Of a DNA stretch of 64,000 bases, positions 62,446-64,000 are shown in pieces. The notes below the pieces were generated by a model that saw nothing but the letters and a program-made list of their open reading frames with translations, ran no database searches and was not told the origin of the DNA. The position numbers and the translations under genes are program-made. The DNA is from an uncultured Candidatus Saccharibacteria bacterium (lineage in GTDB: Bacteria > Patescibacteriota > Minisyncoccia > Minisyncoccales > JANBVM01): NCBI GenBank assembly GCA_964450805.1, contig CAYVDD010000001.1, positions 329,288 through 393,287 on the forward strand. The letters are read 5' to 3'. Every line of letters starts with the position of its first letter. Position 1 is the first letter of the stretch.

Positions 62446-63126
62446 TTAAAAACCAGCAAAAGTTCTGATTATTGAAACAGGAATAGCGCTTACCATCCCC
62501 CAGTAGTCAACAGTTGTCAAACCAACAAGTTCTCCTTTAATATTGAACAAGGGACTGCCAGCCATGGTTAATTTTTCAAAAATATTTGTTGAAATCAGGC
62601 TATCATTGAAATAAGAAACAATTCCCTGGTTAGTCCCGCGAGTAAATTCTTCAACTCCATAAACTGTTCCAACCAGAAAAACCCTTTCTCCTGTTCTTAA
62701 TTTATTAAAATCAGCAAAACCGACTGTTGGCAAATTATCCTGCTCAAGCTTTACTAAAGCTAAGTTTTGAGTTAAATCTCTTTTAAGGATTTGATAAGAT
62801 AATGGCTTTCCATCAACAAAGAATAGAAATTTAGAACCCTGAGGAACAAGTTCAGCTAAAGTCACAATTAAACCATCTGAAGTTAAAATTATTCCTGAGC
62901 CGTGAAGAACTTTCTCTTTAGTGGTTGTTTTTATTCCAATAACTGTTTTTTCCACCTTTTCAACGGCATTTCTTAAAGCAGTGTTTTCTTCAATAATAAT
63001 TTCCTCTCTTTCAGTTACATAAACAGGCCTTCCAGTAAAATATGGACCAATGACCTGATTAGCGAAAACTCCTCCTAAAATACCAATAATAAAAATAAAC
63101 AGGATTTTGAAAAATGTTTTTCTCAT
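62446..63126 (-). CDS. membrane-anchored trypsin/HtrA-fold (S1C-like) protein lacking PDZ domains, with catalytic triad apparently substituted
   Basis: N-terminal TM helix, then GSGIILTSDGLIVTLAELV, NLALVKL and TMAGSPLFNIKGELVGL. By eye these align to the DegP blocks GSGVII..GYVVTNNHVV, DIALIQI and GNSGGALVN..GELIGI, with H/D/S replaced by E/N/A. Confidence 0.6.
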   Translation of the reverse strand: MRKTFFKILFIFIIGILGGVFANQVIGPYFTGRPVYVTEREEIIIEENTALRNAVEKVEKTVIGIKTTTKEKVLHGSGIILTSDGLIVTLAELVPQGSKFLFFVDGKPLSYQILKRDLTQNLALVKLEQDNLPTVGFADFNKLRTGERVFLVGTVYGVEEFTRGTNQGIVSYFNDSLISTNIFEKLTMAGSPLFNIKGELVGLTTVDYWGMVSAIPVSIIRTFAGF

Positions 63127-63129
63127 ATA

Positions 63130-64000
63130 TTAAACAGAGACTCTTTGCCTTTTCCCCTGATTCTTTATCAAGTCTTTTGCGCTTAAAAACATTATTTTCT
63201 CGTTCTGAAAATCAATAACTATTCTTTTATTCTTTTCAAAATCACCGGAAATAATTTTCAAAGACAAAGGATCTAAAATCTTCTTTTGAATTACTCTTTT
63301 TAATGGTCTTGCCCCTAAATTAGAATCAAAGCCTTTTTCAGCAATAAAGTCTTTAACAGACTCTTCAATTCTGACGTCAATGTCTTTTTTCTTTAATCTT
63401 TTGGCAACTTTATCAAACTCTAAATTAACTATCTTTTTAATCTCTGTTTTACTAAGAAAATTAAAGATAACAATGTCATCAATTCTGTTTAAGAACTCTG
63501 GCCTGAAACTATTTTTTAAAGCTGACAGAACTTTTTCCCTTAATGACTCTTTTTGCTTTTCTTTTTCATCGCCTCCAATAAATCCTAAAGAAGCTTGTTT
63601 AGCAATAATATCTGAACCAACATTTGAAGTCATAATAAGAATTGCGTTTTTAAAAGAAGCTAATCTTCCTTTAGCATCAGTCAGTCTTCCATCTTCTAAA
63701 ATCTGAAGAAGAATATTAAACACTTCTGGGTGAGCCTTTTCAATTTCATCAAGCAGAATAACACTATATGGCCTTCTTCTTATCTTTTCAGTCAATTGAC
63801 CGCCTTCTTCATGGCCAACATAACCAGGAGGAGAACCAATCATTTTGGAAACAGTGTGTTTTTCCATGTATTCTGACATGTCCAAACGAACAAGCGAATC
63901 TTCATTGTTAAATAAAAAGCTGGCCAAGGCTTTAGCAGTCTCTGTTTTTCCAACGCCTGTTGGTCCTAGGAACATAAATGAGCCTAAAGGCCTGTTTTCC
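63130..64000 (-). CDS. Clp/Hsp100 AAA+ ATPase (ClpB/ClpC family), C-terminal D2 portion; gene continues beyond the window
   Basis: RPLGSFMFLGPTGVGKTE (Walker A), VILLDEIEKAHPEVFNILLQILEDGRLTD and GARPLKR. The reading frame stays open to position 64000. Confidence 0.85.
   Translation of the reverse strand, partial: ENRPLGSFMFLGPTGVGKTETAKALASFLFNNEDSLVRLDMSEYMEKHTVSKMIGSPPGYVGHEEGGQLTEKIRRRPYSVILLDEIEKAHPEVFNILLQILEDGRLTDAKGRLASFKNAILIMTSNVGSDIIAKQASLGFIGGDEKEKQKESLREKVLSALKNSFRPEFLNRIDDIVIFNFLSKTEIKKIVNLEFDKVAKRLKKKDIDVRIEESVKDFIAEKGFDSNLGARPLKRVIQKKILDPLSLKIISGDFEKNKRIVIDFQNEKIMFLSAKDLIKNQGKRQRVSV

Overview
AT-rich, tightly packed window, almost entirely minus-strand, with many 4-nt ATGA stop/start overlaps. 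Gene content and style suggest a Patescibacteria/CPR-type monoderm; this is inference only, since no searches could be run. Layout: (1) 1-3.4 kb holds a polyamine operon (speH, DUF43/BpsA-like, speE, saccharopine-DH-like fragment) next to hpf and a 51-aa protamine-like ORF missing from the ORF track. (2) 3.6-9.3 kb holds murB, a small cytidylyltransferase, a secreted HExxH peptidase with a C-terminal peptidoglycan-binding module, and a Wzy_C/O-antigen-ligase-like membrane protein with TPRs. (3) 9.4-51.4 kb is one very large surface-glycan locus. It contains a priming phosphoglycosyl transferase, a Wzx-like flippase, 8 GT4 and 3 GT2 glycosyltransferases, 6 class-I methyltransferases and a B12-binding radical SAM enzyme. 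It also contains a KdsB-like CMP-sugar synthetase, AsnB-like, DegT-like and FemAB-like enzymes, a deacetylase, two SDRs, a short UDP-sugar dehydrogenase, and unusual fusions (GT2+Zn-ADH, ParB/Srx-like+methyltransferase). (4) Embedded at 37.6-40.1 kb is the best candidate for something new. A compact cobalamin riboswitch with a terminator/RBS-sequestering hairpin controls a secreted 596-aa protein. That protein combines an alpha/alpha-toroid repeat region with a DUF4430-like domain, the two-domain plan of transcobalamin. A membrane-anchored partner is translationally coupled to it, and no canonical B12 transporter is adjacent. (5) 51.5-57.2 kb holds ECF sigma, an anti-sigma-like protein, and a 1378-aa Thr/Ser/Gly/Ala-rich wall-anchored repeat protein (S-layer/adhesin candidate). 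(6) 57.2-62.4 kb is an accessory islet. A single-chain nuclease-methylase-TRD restriction-modification enzyme is bracketed by diverged ~400-bp direct repeats. Each repeat carries two conserved hairpins, a paralogous micro-ORF and a bidirectional terminator. The islet also has a 135-bp mosaic module and a recurring TGTGGAAAA motif. (7) 62.4-64 kb holds an HtrA-fold protein whose catalytic triad appears to be replaced, and a Clp ATPase that runs off the window. No tRNA, rRNA, CRISPR array, transposase or integrase was recognised. All family calls rest on motifs read by eye from the translations, and domain boundaries are approximate.
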